A DNA stretch of 64,000 nt from Desulfuromonadaceae bacterium (lineage in GTDB: Bacteria > Desulfobacterota > Desulfuromonadia > Desulfuromonadales > Desulfuromonadaceae): positions 2,791 to 66,790 of the forward strand of contig JAWOFA010000034.1 of the NCBI GenBank assembly GCA_046482505.1. The letters run 5' to 3'. Position 1 is the first letter of the stretch; each line of letters opens with the position of its first letter. The notes under the pieces are model-generated. The model did not search any database. It saw nothing but the letters and a program-made list of their open reading frames with translations, and was not told the DNA's origin. Position numbers and translations under genes: made by a program. Below, piece by piece: positions 28,987 through 38,506 of this stretch.

Positions 28987-30192
28987 ATGCCGGAAAAAAT
29001 TGTTGTCATAGATGATGAACGTGCGGTTCTTGAGTTGTGTCAGATCATTCTCGGGAGCAGGGGATACGACGTCAGGACTGCGAGCAGCGGGCATGAAGGG
29101 CTTCAACTGATTGAGGAGTTCAGGCCCGCGCTGATCCTGCTTGATTATATGATGCCCGGCATGGACGGCATGGAGGTGCTCCGAGAGGTGAAGGCCTCGT
29201 ACGAAGATGTATATGTGGTGATGTTTACCGGCAAAGGAAGCGAGTCTGTAGCGGTTGAAGTGATGAAAGCCGGAGCGAGCGATTATATCCTGAAGCCGTT
29301 CAATAACAAGGATCTGTTTGATCGCATAGAAAATGTTCTGCATATCCGCCATATTGAAATGGTTAACCGGCGTCTGAAACAGGAACGCGAGGAGTTGCAG
29401 CATGAGATTCAACTCTGGAATCGTGAGCTTGAATTCCGCGTGCGGGAAAAGTCGCGAGAGTTGGAACAGGCCAACCGTGAAGTGATTCAGGCCGAAAAGC
29501 TCGTGACTGTAGGGCATCTTGCGGCAGGGATGGCGCATGAAATTCGCAACCCTCTCAATTCAATCGCGCTGACTGCGCAGTTGCTCCAGTCTGAGTGTGA
29601 AGGAGAAGCAGATGAAAATGCTCTTGGATATGCCCAGAGTATTCTCTCCGAAGTAGAGCGCGTTGATAATATTTTGCGTAGATTGCTCGGTGCGAGTAAA
29701 CAGAAACCCGCAGGTGAGGCGCGTCAGGTAAATTTGCGTAGCTGTGTTGAGTCAGCGCTTGAACTGTTTAACGAACAAATTAAGCATCAGAAAATTACCC
29801 TTGAGCTCAACCTGTGTCCATCACCGGTGTATATCGAGTCCAGGGGGGATGAGGTAGAGCAGGTGTTTACCAATCTGGTCGGCAATGCGCTGCACGAAAT
29901 GCCGGACTCCGGAACCTTGAGCATCGATCTGAAGGTTGAATCCGACAAAGCTCAGGTTCATGTGGGTGATACCGGTTCCGGTATTCCTGAGGATAATTTG
30001 GTGAAGATTTTCGATCCTTTTTATACCACAAAAAGCAATGGTACCGGTTTCGGCCTTTCTGTTGTATTACGCGTCGTTAAGAGCTGTAACGGTAACATAA
30101 GGGTTGAAAGTGAACCCGGCAAAGGGGCAGATTTTTACATGGAATTTCCCCTCTCACAAGTTTCTGCGTCCGCAGATGTGGCTGTAGAATAG
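28987..30192 (+). CDS. receiver-domain-containing sensor histidine kinase (REC-HisKA-HATPase, cytoplasmic)
   Basis: ORF 28915-30192; start chosen at ATG 28987 (MPEKIVVIDDE). REC (LLDYMMPGMDG), coiled coil, H-box HEIRNPL, N-box NLVGNALHE, G-boxes DTGSGI and GTGFGLS. No TM segment. Confidence 0.85.
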   Translation: MPEKIVVIDDERAVLELCQIILGSRGYDVRTASSGHEGLQLIEEFRPALILLDYMMPGMDGMEVLREVKASYEDVYVVMFTGKGSESVAVEVMKAGASDYILKPFNNKDLFDRIENVLHIRHIEMVNRRLKQEREELQHEIQLWNRELEFRVREKSRELEQANREVIQAEKLVTVGHLAAGMAHEIRNPLNSIALTAQLLQSECEGEADENALGYAQSILSEVERVDNILRRLLGASKQKPAGEARQVNLRSCVESALELFNEQIKHQKITLELNLCPSPVYIESRGDEVEQVFTNLVGNALHEMPDSGTLSIDLKVESDKAQVHVGDTGSGIPEDNLVKIFDPFYTTKSNGTGFGLSVVLRVVKSCNGNIRVESEPGKGADFYMEFPLSQVSASADVAVE

Positions 30193-30201
30193 GTCCCTAT
30201 T

Positions 30202-31809
30202 TTGACTCAGTATCCTTATCAACGCTGGAAACTTACCCAGGTCAGCCTCAGTCTCGAGCAAGATGAAGCGCAACTTCCCGAGGTAGTGGCGCAGATCCTC
30301 AAGGTTCAACAGAGCGCTATACTCAATCTGAAGATCATGCGCCGGGGCATTGACGCACGCCGCAAACGCCGGATTTTGCGGGTATATACCATCGCATTTG
30401 ACTTGCCTTTGGATGTCAGCGTGCCAGTGCACCTGCAGAATAGCGGAACATTACAACCATTGGATAAAACCCAGGATACGAGATGCCACTATGTGCGCCC
30501 TTCCGCAACCCAGCGTATTGTCGTGGCGGGGATGGGGCCATCTGGACTCTTTGCCGCGCTCGAACTGGCACACAGTGGCCACAGTGTGACCCTGCTGGAG
30601 CGCGGCGCTCCGGTGGCAGAGCGGGTACGCGATGTTGAAACCTTCTGGTCGGGAGGTGCGCTCAATCCCCAGAGCAATGTTCAGTTCGGCGAGGGAGGAG
30701 CAGGAACCTTTTCCGACGGTAAACTCACCACCAGGATCAAGCATCCCCTCGCTGCCAGAGTAATGGAAACCTTTGTTGCCTGTGGCGCTTCGGAGGATAT
30801 CCGTATCGATGCCAAACCCCATATCGGTACCGATGTGCTGCGTACGGTACTGGTAAATCTGCGTTCAGAGCTGCGTTCACTCGGAGTGGAGATCAGATAT
30901 CATTCTCAGCTTACCGATCTGGAGATTGAACACGGTTGTGTCAAGGGGGTTGTGGTCAATGCCTCTGAACAGATACACTGCGATGCAGTTGTCCTTGCGG
31001 TGGGACACAGTGCCAGAGATACCTATACCATGCTGTACCAACGGGGGATCGCGATGGAGCCCAAGCCCTTTGCCGTAGGGGTGCGGGTCGAACATCCGGC
31101 GTCACTGATTAACTCCATCCAGTACGGGATGGAATCGCATCCGCGTCTTCCCACTGCGGAATACGCCCTCAGCTGGAATGATCGCAACAGCGGCAGAGGG
31201 GTATATTCCTTCTGTATGTGCCCTGGGGGCGAAGTGGTATTGAGCAGTAGTGAGGAACACGGGGTGGTGGTAAATGGCATGAGCCACTCCAGGCGTGCTG
31301 GTGATTATTCGAACAGTGCTCTGGTGGTGGGAGTAAAACCGCAGGACTTCGAAGGACATACACCCCTCGCCGGGGTTGAATTTCAGCGCTTCTGGGAGCA
31401 GAAAGCATATGCAGGCAATGGCGACTACCGTCCGCCGGCTCAGAACATGCTCAGCTTTTTACAGCGCGGCTATGCCCCGGTTAACAGCACATGCCGCCCC
31501 GGAGTGCGTGAAGAGGAACTGCGTGAATATCTGCCAGCGTTTGTATATGCAGGGCTACAACAGGCACTCCCCAGCTTTGAGCGTAAAATGCGCGGTTTTA
31601 TCAGTACCGAAGCTAGCATTATCGGGCTTGAAACAAGAACTTCAGCTCCCCTGCGGATTTTGCGCACCTCCGGGATGGAATCGGTTAACTGTAACGGTTT
31701 GTACCCCGTAGGTGAGGGTGCAGGTTACGCTGGGGGGATAATGAGTGCAGCCCTTGACGGTCTCAAGGTTGTGCAGGCGATAAACGAGCAAACACATGTT
31801 GAAACCTGA
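30202..31809 (+). CDS. FAD-dependent oxidoreductase of unknown specificity (COG2509-like)
   Basis: 535 aa with dinucleotide fold VVAGMGPSGLFAALELA...LLERG and a C-terminal GEGAGYAGGI motif. Confidence 0.75.
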   Translation: MTQYPYQRWKLTQVSLSLEQDEAQLPEVVAQILKVQQSAILNLKIMRRGIDARRKRRILRVYTIAFDLPLDVSVPVHLQNSGTLQPLDKTQDTRCHYVRPSATQRIVVAGMGPSGLFAALELAHSGHSVTLLERGAPVAERVRDVETFWSGGALNPQSNVQFGEGGAGTFSDGKLTTRIKHPLAARVMETFVACGASEDIRIDAKPHIGTDVLRTVLVNLRSELRSLGVEIRYHSQLTDLEIEHGCVKGVVVNASEQIHCDAVVLAVGHSARDTYTMLYQRGIAMEPKPFAVGVRVEHPASLINSIQYGMESHPRLPTAEYALSWNDRNSGRGVYSFCMCPGGEVVLSSSEEHGVVVNGMSHSRRAGDYSNSALVVGVKPQDFEGHTPLAGVEFQRFWEQKAYAGNGDYRPPAQNMLSFLQRGYAPVNSTCRPGVREEELREYLPAFVYAGLQQALPSFERKMRGFISTEASIIGLETRTSAPLRILRTSGMESVNCNGLYPVGEGAGYAGGIMSAALDGLKVVQAINEQTHVET

Positions 31810-31859
31810 ATTTAAATCAATATGTCTCCCTGGAGGAGCATACAACAGGAGCAGTATTT

Positions 31860-33023
31860 TTGAAGAAAACCTATATTGAAGAAATCCGCGAACGCGATCC
31901 CATCAACAGCGTATTTCTGGTGCGGGATAAGAACATGGCTATGGCCAAAAACGGCAAGCCGTATATGAACCTGAAAATCATGGACCGGAGCGGAGAAGTT
32001 GACGGACGCATCTGGGATAGGGTTGATGAACTAAACTCGCAGTTTGATAAGGATGATTTTGTCCACGTCAAGGGTAAAGCCAATCTCTTCATGGGCAAGA
32101 TGCAGTTTATCATTAGCAGCATCGAACGCGTCGATGAACAACAGATTAATCTGGGCGATTTTCTCCCTGTAAGTGCCAATGACCCTCAGGAAATGCGGGC
32201 GGAAATGCAGGAGATGATTGCGCGCATTGCTGATCCGGACTATCGCCGCCTACTTGAGGCCTTCAGCTCAGATGAGGAATTTATGCGCCTGTATCTCAAG
32301 GCTCCTGCAGCAAAGTCCATGCACCATGTGTATCTCGGCGGTCTGCTGGAGCACTCCCTGTGTGTTGCACGTCTGGCACAGGATGTAAGCGCGCGCTATC
32401 CTCGCATTGACCGCGATCTGCTGCTGTGCAGTGCGCTTTTGCATGATATCGGAAAGGTTGCGGAGTTGCGCTATGCGCGCAGTTTTGACTACACTGACGC
32501 TGGGAAACTCATCGGGCATATTGTCATGGGGGTTGAAATGCTGGAGGAGAAGATCAGGACCTGCCCTGGTTTCCCGCCACTGAAGACCATGCTGCTCAAG
32601 CACATGCTCCTCTCCCATCACGGCCAGTACGAGTATGGATCCCCCAAGAGACCCAAAACCCTTGAGGCTGTAGTGCTTAACTTCGTCGACGATATGGATG
32701 CGAAGATCAACGGCATAGCCCTGCATATTGATCGTGAGCAGCACAATCCCTCTGAATGGACATCTTATCATCGCTTATATGATCGCTACTTCTATGCTCC
32801 TGCACATGAAGCAGGTAAAAATATAAAACCTGCTGCGCCATCTGCACTCGAAGATGCTGCTTCCGCACCGGCGCCTACAAAGGATGAGAATAAACGTCCC
32901 ACAGACAAGAGACAGTCCAAAACCAACAAAAGATATCAGGACCCCCTGCGCAGTTCCCTCGGCGACCAGCTTGCGGGTGCAACCCTGGATTTATTTGAAA
33001 ACAGAGAGGATGGAGAAAAATGA
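31860..33023 (+). CDS. OB-fold + HD-domain 3'-5' exoribonuclease (YhaM-like)
   Basis: 387 aa, TTG start. N-terminal OB fold; HD domain (HHVYLGGLLEHSL, LLHDIGK, HHG). Confidence 0.78.
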   Translation: MKKTYIEEIRERDPINSVFLVRDKNMAMAKNGKPYMNLKIMDRSGEVDGRIWDRVDELNSQFDKDDFVHVKGKANLFMGKMQFIISSIERVDEQQINLGDFLPVSANDPQEMRAEMQEMIARIADPDYRRLLEAFSSDEEFMRLYLKAPAAKSMHHVYLGGLLEHSLCVARLAQDVSARYPRIDRDLLLCSALLHDIGKVAELRYARSFDYTDAGKLIGHIVMGVEMLEEKIRTCPGFPPLKTMLLKHMLLSHHGQYEYGSPKRPKTLEAVVLNFVDDMDAKINGIALHIDREQHNPSEWTSYHRLYDRYFYAPAHEAGKNIKPAAPSALEDAASAPAPTKDENKRPTDKRQSKTNKRYQDPLRSSLGDQLAGATLDLFENREDGEK

Positions 33024-33652
33024 TCATTAAGACTCTGCCCGTAGGCCCCCTACAGGTTAATTGTTATATCGTTGCATGTCCGCGCACCAAAAAGGCGTTA
33101 ATTGTAGATCCGGGAGACGAAGCGGAGCAAATTCTCCGTGTGATAGAGCAGGAGGGGCTCGAGCCCAAGATACTGGTGAATACCCACGGCCATTTCGATC
33201 ATGTCGGAGGGAATAGCGCTCTTCTGGAAAAAACCGGCATTGAGTTCTGTATGCACGAAGATGATGTCCCCATGCTTAAACAGGCATCGCGCCAGGCTGC
33301 GAGCTTTGGATTGCCTGCAGTTGAATCACCCCAGCCGAGTCGTTTTCTGCAAAATGGCGATCTTCTGGAGGTCGGCGACTTAAGTTTTGAGGTAATCCAT
33401 ACTCCGGGACATTCACCCGGCGGAATATGCCTGTATGGTGAAGGACACCTTTTCTCCGGGGATACACTCTTTGCCGGTTCCATCGGGCGCACTGATCTGC
33501 CGGGCGGGGATATGCAGCAACTGATCGGGCATGTCCGTTCCCAGCTTATGGTCCTGCCCGGATCCACAGTGGTACATCCCGGGCACGGCCCTGAATCCAC
33601 CATTGCTGCGGAGCAGAGTTCTAATCCGTTTGTCAATGGCGACTATGTTTGA
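33020..33652 (+). CDS. MBL-fold metallo-hydrolase (glyoxalase II-like)
   Basis: 210 aa with THGHFDHVGG (HxHxDH), HTPGHSPG and a distal HPGHG. Confidence 0.85.
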   Translation: MIIKTLPVGPLQVNCYIVACPRTKKALIVDPGDEAEQILRVIEQEGLEPKILVNTHGHFDHVGGNSALLEKTGIEFCMHEDDVPMLKQASRQAASFGLPAVESPQPSRFLQNGDLLEVGDLSFEVIHTPGHSPGGICLYGEGHLFSGDTLFAGSIGRTDLPGGDMQQLIGHVRSQLMVLPGSTVVHPGHGPESTIAAEQSSNPFVNGDYV

Positions 33653-33873
33653 TGTACTCACAAATACGTCAGATGCCCTGCCGGAAACCGGAATAATTGA
33701 TACTTTTGCTAAAAATCATAAGATGGCTAAGCAAAAATTTCGACCTACAAGGCCTGGTGGGTTTTCAGGGACGAAGGCATACATCTGGTATGTCGAGATC
33801 CTGAAAAAACGCCGTAACGCCGTAGGGCGGTCTTTTGCGACGCCATCAATAATTGACTAAGAGGTCACAACTT

Positions 33874-35082
33874 ATGCCAACGTTGGAGGGTAAACAGATC
33901 GTACTCGGGGTGTGCGGCGGAATCGCGGTGTATAAAGCCGTGGAACTGCTGCGCCTGCTCACCAAGGCCGGAGCCGAGGTCTCGGTGGTGATGACCGCAA
34001 ATGCATGTGAGTTTGTTACACCGCTGACCTTTCAGACCCTCTCGAATAACCCCGTGCATACCCATATGTTCGATCTGTATCAGGAAAAAGAGATCGGGCA
34101 TATCTCTCTGGCGGATAAAGCCGATATGTGCGTAGTTGTTCCCGCAACGGCAAACATTATCGGCAAACTCAGCGGTGGAATTGCGGATGATCTGCTCAGT
34201 ACTACCCTGATGGCGACTAAGGCTCCTGTGGTTCTGGCCCCTTCCATGAATGTGAATATGTATGAAAGTGCGGCGTTACAGCACAACCTGCAGGTATTGT
34301 CTCAGCGCGGTTTCAACATCATTGAACCCGATGAAGGATACCTTGCATGCGGCTGGGACGGGAAGGGTAAATTGCCCGCTCCGGAGCATATTCTGGCGTG
34401 GATTGAACGCATTGCAACTCCTGCCGATCTGAGCGGAGAGCGGGTTCTGGTGAGTGCCGGTCCCACGCGCGAAGAGATCGATCCGGTGCGCTATGTATCC
34501 AACTACTCTTCGGGTAAAATGGGATATGCCATTGCGCGTGCCGCATGGGAACGTGGTGCTGAGGTGGTACTGGTGAGCGGACCTACAGCACTTGAAGCTC
34601 CAGTCGGGGTGCGGCGTGTATGTGTCACAAGTGCCAGAGAGATGCATGCCGCAGTGATGCATGAATTACCTGAAGCCAGTGTGGTGATCAAGGCAGCAGC
34701 TGTAGCAGACTATCGTCCCTGCAGTGCTGCAGCCCAGAAGATCAAGAAAAATCCCGGTGCCATGAGTCTCGAGTTGGAGCCCAATCCGGATATTCTGGCA
34801 CAGATCGGGGCTCAGAAAACCGGGCAGGTTGTAGTTGGATTTGCTGCCGAAACCCATGATATCCTGCGTCATGCGCGTGAGAAGCTGCAACGTAAAAACC
34901 TGGATCTTCTTGTGGCCAACGACGTGACAGCGAAAGGAGCAGGTTTCGATGTTGATACCAATGTGGTGAAGTTTCTGCATGCGGACGGGAGGGTTGAAGA
35001 GATGCCCGAACAGAGCAAAGCCGAGGTTGCACATGCACTGTTGGATCGGATCAGTGCCTGCATTGGCGCTCGTCGTGCCTAG
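33874..35082 (+). CDS. coaBC: bifunctional phosphopantothenoylcysteine decarboxylase / phosphopantothenate--cysteine ligase
   Basis: ORF 33853-35082; start ATG 33874 preceded by AAGAGG. Flavoprotein domain ([15 protein letters not shown]-like PSMN) plus the CoaB domain ([10 protein letters not shown]). Confidence 0.92.
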   Translation: MPTLEGKQIVLGVCGGIAVYKAVELLRLLTKAGAEVSVVMTANACEFVTPLTFQTLSNNPVHTHMFDLYQEKEIGHISLADKADMCVVVPATANIIGKLSGGIADDLLSTTLMATKAPVVLAPSMNVNMYESAALQHNLQVLSQRGFNIIEPDEGYLACGWDGKGKLPAPEHILAWIERIATPADLSGERVLVSAGPTREEIDPVRYVSNYSSGKMGYAIARAAWERGAEVVLVSGPTALEAPVGVRRVCVTSAREMHAAVMHELPEASVVIKAAAVADYRPCSAAAQKIKKNPGAMSLELEPNPDILAQIGAQKTGQVVVGFAAETHDILRHAREKLQRKNLDLLVANDVTAKGAGFDVDTNVVKFLHADGRVEEMPEQSKAEVAHALLDRISACIGARRA

Positions 35083-35972
35083 ATATTGTTGAGCGGGTTA
35101 GTGATATTGGAGCGGAAGTGCTCCTTGATATCATCAAGTACCGGAACGCTGAGTTCGGAGGGGAGGCGCCCATCCTGCCACAGAGTCTTAAGGCTGGTGC
35201 GCATTTTGTGCGCGGTCTGCAGGGCGCGTTCGCCGGTGGGGTCGGCATTGAGGTAGATACTCTGCGGGTCGGAGAGTACGCTCATGCTCGCTTCCAGGGC
35301 CAGATCCAGATATTCCTGGCGATCTTTCTGCTCCAGCCTCCACACTGAACGTTCATCGAGGCGCTTTAGAATCCGCTGCCAGCGCTGGATACGGCTGATG
35401 AGCAACATAGAATTAAACATGCGCTTATTGGTGCCGAAGGAGAACAGTGTACGTACCAATACGCGGCGCAACAGTTTGTCGTTATCGCTGAAATCGTTCT
35501 GTGCAAGATCACGGGCCTGAACCCATATCTTTGGATCGATGCGTGCCTCAAAGCGAAGCTCCCAGTAGGCGTGATTGAGAAACATGGTGTTGTAACTGCG
35601 CACCATTTTATACGGCACCATAAAGCCATGTGCTATGGTATCCGCGCCGAGATGGGCAATGTAGCCATACGCACATGCGCGTTGCGCATCAGTTTTTGCC
35701 GCAGCCAGAACCTTGTTGCCCATGTTCCAGCTGTGGCAGTGTTTCAGATAGTGGGTGTATTTTTTCCCCAGGGTAATATCTGCACTTATGCAGCCGTAGA
35801 GAAAATCGTGCGGAAAAGCGTTCAGAAGCGTTGCCAGATGGGCGGGAAGATTCCCCGTCTTCGCCAGGATGCTGTTGCCCAGGTGCAGGTGCACCCCGAA
35901 GCCCCACGCCCATACTTCGGTAGGGACGAGGCAAATACTAAAAAAAGTAAGCAAAGTTAAGCATGAGCGCAT
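35079..35972 (-). CDS. secreted zinc-dependent phospholipase C family protein
   Basis: 297 aa with a signal peptide ending ...EVWA. WGFGVHLHLG follows (N-terminal Trp/His zinc-ligand pattern), with further His-rich strings (HLGADTIAHGF). Confidence 0.6.
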   Translation of the reverse strand: MRSCLTLLTFFSICLVPTEVWAWGFGVHLHLGNSILAKTGNLPAHLATLLNAFPHDFLYGCISADITLGKKYTHYLKHCHSWNMGNKVLAAAKTDAQRACAYGYIAHLGADTIAHGFMVPYKMVRSYNTMFLNHAYWELRFEARIDPKIWVQARDLAQNDFSDNDKLLRRVLVRTLFSFGTNKRMFNSMLLISRIQRWQRILKRLDERSVWRLEQKDRQEYLDLALEASMSVLSDPQSIYLNADPTGERALQTAHKMRTSLKTLWQDGRLPSELSVPVLDDIKEHFRSNITNPLNNI

Positions 35973-36046
35973 ACAATCATCTCCGCGCCGGACCGGAAAA
36001 GCGTTTTAAGTGTTTCTATAACCTCTGAACAGGATAATGCCATCCG

Positions 36047-36796
36047 TTGGCGGATGTAAAGGATATGGTTGATAAACGTACACAACTCATACAATTCGCA
36101 CGCTCAAGCACCGTAGCTGCCCTGCAGGATATGCAGCGCTGGGGTGTTGAAGACCTCCATTTTGATACGAAAACACCGGAATTATTGCCCTTGTGCTCCA
36201 GCCTTGATCCGGCAGTGGCAGCAACGACTACATGCCGCACGGAAACACTCGAAGAGATACGTGCCGATCTGGGCGAATGTCAGCGCTGTCCTCTGGGACG
36301 CACGCGCACCAACCTGGTATTTGGGAGCGGAAATTCCAAAGCGTCTCTGGTGTTTGTCGGCGAGGGTCCGGGGCGCTGGGAAGATGAGCAGGGCGAGCCT
36401 TTTGTGGGGGAGGCGGGGTTGTTGTTGAATCGGATTCTGTTTGCCATGGGACTTGAGCGTGAAGATGTGTATATCTGCAATGTAATCAAGTGCCGCCCAC
36501 CTCAGAATCGTAATCCAGAAGATGAAGAGATTGCTGCGTGCGAGCCATTTCTGAAACGCCAGCTCAATGCCATCAACCCCGATGTTCTGGTGGCCCTGGG
36601 GAAATTTGCCGCGCAAACCCTGTTGCAGGATAAAACCCCCATCAGTAAATTGCGCGGCGAGTGGCGCAGTTACAACGGTATAGACCTCATGCCTACATTC
36701 CATCCAGCTTATCTGCTGCGCAATCCCGGGCACAAACGCGAAATGTGGCAGGATATGAAACATGTGATGCAGCGCCTGCGCAGTCGGGGGGAGTAG
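36047..36796 (+). CDS. udg: uracil-DNA glycosylase, family 4
   Basis: CQRCPL...TNLVFGSGN...LVFVGEGPG..ED..GEPFVGEAG and a distal HPAYLLR. TTG 36047 or ATG 36065 start. Confidence 0.87.
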   Translation: MADVKDMVDKRTQLIQFARSSTVAALQDMQRWGVEDLHFDTKTPELLPLCSSLDPAVAATTTCRTETLEEIRADLGECQRCPLGRTRTNLVFGSGNSKASLVFVGEGPGRWEDEQGEPFVGEAGLLLNRILFAMGLEREDVYICNVIKCRPPQNRNPEDEEIAACEPFLKRQLNAINPDVLVALGKFAAQTLLQDKTPISKLRGEWRSYNGIDLMPTFHPAYLLRNPGHKREMWQDMKHVMQRLRSRGE

Positions 36797-36797
36797 A

Positions 36798-37181
36798 TCA
36801 AAGTTCAGTGCTCGCGATGCACTCGATTTCAATTTTTGCTTTTTTAGGCAGGGCCGCAACCTGGATGCATGCACGTGCGGGAGCCGGAGCGCCGACATAT
36901 TCAGCATAGATATCGTTAACTACGCTAAAATCATCCAGATCGGTAAGATAGATCGTGGTTTTAAGCACCTGGGTAAAAGTGAGTTCCGCAGCGGCCAGGA
37001 CCTCTTTAAGATTCTGCATAACCTGATGGGTCTGACCCTTTATGGATGGAGCGGAAATATCTCCTGTGCGCGGATCAATGGGGATCTGCCCGGAACAGAA
37101 TACCAGTTTTCCACTTTTAATTGCCTGAGAGTATGGGCCAATGGCCTGAGGGGCAGCCTCGGTAGTGATTTCAGTTTTCAT
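36798..37181 (-). CDS. ridA: RidA family reactive enamine/imine deaminase
   Basis: ORF 36798-37271; start chosen at ATG 37181. APQAIGPYSQAI and PARACIQVAALP motifs of YjgF/RidA. Confidence 0.9.
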   Translation of the reverse strand: MKTEITTEAAPQAIGPYSQAIKSGKLVFCSGQIPIDPRTGDISAPSIKGQTHQVMQNLKEVLAAAELTFTQVLKTTIYLTDLDDFSVVNDIYAEYVGAPAPARACIQVAALPKKAKIEIECIASTEL

Positions 37182-37382
37182 GGCAAAAGATCTCCTTCGT
37201 TTAATCTCAATTGTCGGTGTTAGGAAAGTCTTCCAACGCATGTGCGTTTGCAATTTGAATGACACATCCATTGCATTTTAAGCATGCCTGGCGATGTGTG
37301 CAATAATTATTACGCCATTAACTGAGGCGAAACCACTGCAAGTTGATGAGGGTATGTTTGAAGGGGAAATGGAGGTTCAACA

Positions 37383-38243
37383 ATGAACGACAGATTCAGA
37401 GCTGCACGAGTTTCAGCGCACGGTGGACACAGCGGTCAGTTTTGCCTCCATGCACAGGACGACCTGGAGGCGATGGTGCAGGAATACATCAGGCAGGATT
37501 TCGCCTGGTTTGGGGTTTCAGAACACATGCCTCCACTGTACGATGAGTACCGTTATGCAGATGAACGTGAGGCGGGTATCAGCAGTATTGCTCTGCAGGA
37601 TCAGTTTGGCCACTATGTAGAAACGGCGCAGAGCCTTAAAGAGCGTTACCGCAGCCAAACACCCCTGCTGGTGGGGATGGAAACTGAATGTTATCCAGGT
37701 GGGCTTGAATATGCATTAGAGTTGCAACAGAGGTACGCTCTGGACTATATTGTCGGGTCCGTGCACCATGTGCGGGGAGTGAATTTTGATTTCAGTCCTG
37801 CTGAATATGCTCATGCTACCGAGGTTTGTGGAGATATAGATGCGCTCTACTGTACCTATTTTGATGAGCAATTTGAGATGCTTCAGTATTTGAAGCCGGC
37901 GGTAGTGGGCCATTTTGATCTGATTCGCCTCTATGACCCCGATTACTCCAGGCGCTTAGCTACGCCCGCAGTAATGCAGCGCATTGAACGCAATCTGGCG
38001 TATGTCGGTGAGCAGCGCCTGTGCCTCGATCTCAATATGCGCGCACTGCTTAAAGGTGCCCCGGAGCCATATATATCGCGTTCGATTCTCGAAAAAGCGT
38101 TGGCAATGGGGGTCGATATTCTGCCCGGGGATGATTCACACAGTGTATCCAGTGTAGGCAGCGGTATTGATGCGGGCATAACCCTGTTGCAAGAGCTCGG
38201 GTATGAATGCATGTGGCAACGCCCGGATAGGCTTCATGCTTGA
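37383..38243 (+). CDS. hisK: histidinol-phosphatase, PHP family (HisJ/HisK type)
   Basis: 286 aa with HGGHSGQFCLHA, SEHMP, GSVHHV, GHFDL and DSH metal-ligand strings of PHP histidinol phosphatases. Confidence 0.78.
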   Translation: MNDRFRAARVSAHGGHSGQFCLHAQDDLEAMVQEYIRQDFAWFGVSEHMPPLYDEYRYADEREAGISSIALQDQFGHYVETAQSLKERYRSQTPLLVGMETECYPGGLEYALELQQRYALDYIVGSVHHVRGVNFDFSPAEYAHATEVCGDIDALYCTYFDEQFEMLQYLKPAVVGHFDLIRLYDPDYSRRLATPAVMQRIERNLAYVGEQRLCLDLNMRALLKGAPEPYISRSILEKALAMGVDILPGDDSHSVSSVGSGIDAGITLLQELGYECMWQRPDRLHA

Positions 38244-38318
38244 TGATTCTGCCGGGTTTTCATGCAGTCACAGCCTTACACGCAGACAAAGATATAGATA
38301 ACGTAGCTGTTCAGCAAA

Positions 38319-38431
38319 GGCTTATGGCACCCATTCCAAGGGACACGACTGTTTGAGATTGGGGCCATCCATGGCCGTTCGACTGTCGCCGTCCGTGGCG
38401 ACAGACGCCCTTTCCATGGGTACCATAAGCC
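38319..38431. other. 113-nt multi-stem structured element between hisK and metF (candidate leader RNA / sRNA / MITE-like)
   Basis: 15-nt closing inverted repeat GGCTTATGGCACCCA / TGGGTACCATAAGCC (14/15). Inner helix AAGGG/CCCTT. Two internal hairpins: GGCCAT-CC-ATGGCC, and CTGTCGCC-GTCCGT-GGCGACAG. Confidence 0.4.
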
Positions 38432-38506
38432 CCTGCCGCTAGTGGATGATGAATAGTTACTAGATAACAATACATACAGGATTAGAACAGGACACGATAT
38501 TTGAAT

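Noticed and set aside
33645-33860. Possible 71-aa (or 45-aa from ATG 33723) small basic ORF in the 220-nt gap between the MBL hydrolase and coaBC
   Set aside because: No RBS for the internal ATG, no recognisable family, and it overlaps the 3' end of the MBL gene. It might be real (ATG..TGA overlap at 33645-33652) but I cannot support it.
36182-36907. 241-aa minus-strand ORF spanning udg and the ridA 3' end
   Set aside because: It is antisense to a motif-rich family 4 UDG gene and overlaps the ridA coding region out of frame. It has no domain signature.
37235-37248. Palindrome AACGCA-TG-TGCGTT in the ridA/hisK divergent spacer
   Set aside because: It has only 6-bp arms and occurs once in the window. 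It could be a chance occurrence or a small operator, and I have no way to tell.
38361-38386. tmRNA-like 5' string GGGGCC...GUUCGAC
   Set aside because: The whole spacer is only 257 nt. There is no tag reading frame and no 3' tRNA-like T-arm/ACCA end. This is a chance resemblance.
38244-38500. Known riboswitch classes upstream of metF (SAM-I, SAM-II, SAH, ZTP, THF, cobalamin)
   Set aside because: I compared by eye with the conserved cores I remember: GAGGGA/GCAACC/GGUGCUAAUUCC for SAM-I, GACUGGCG...CCGCCUGGGCA for ZTP, GCCACUG for B12, and AGGCUC..GCCAACGGCGCUCAC for SAH. None is present in the right order on either strand. It needs a covariance-model scan for a decisive answer.
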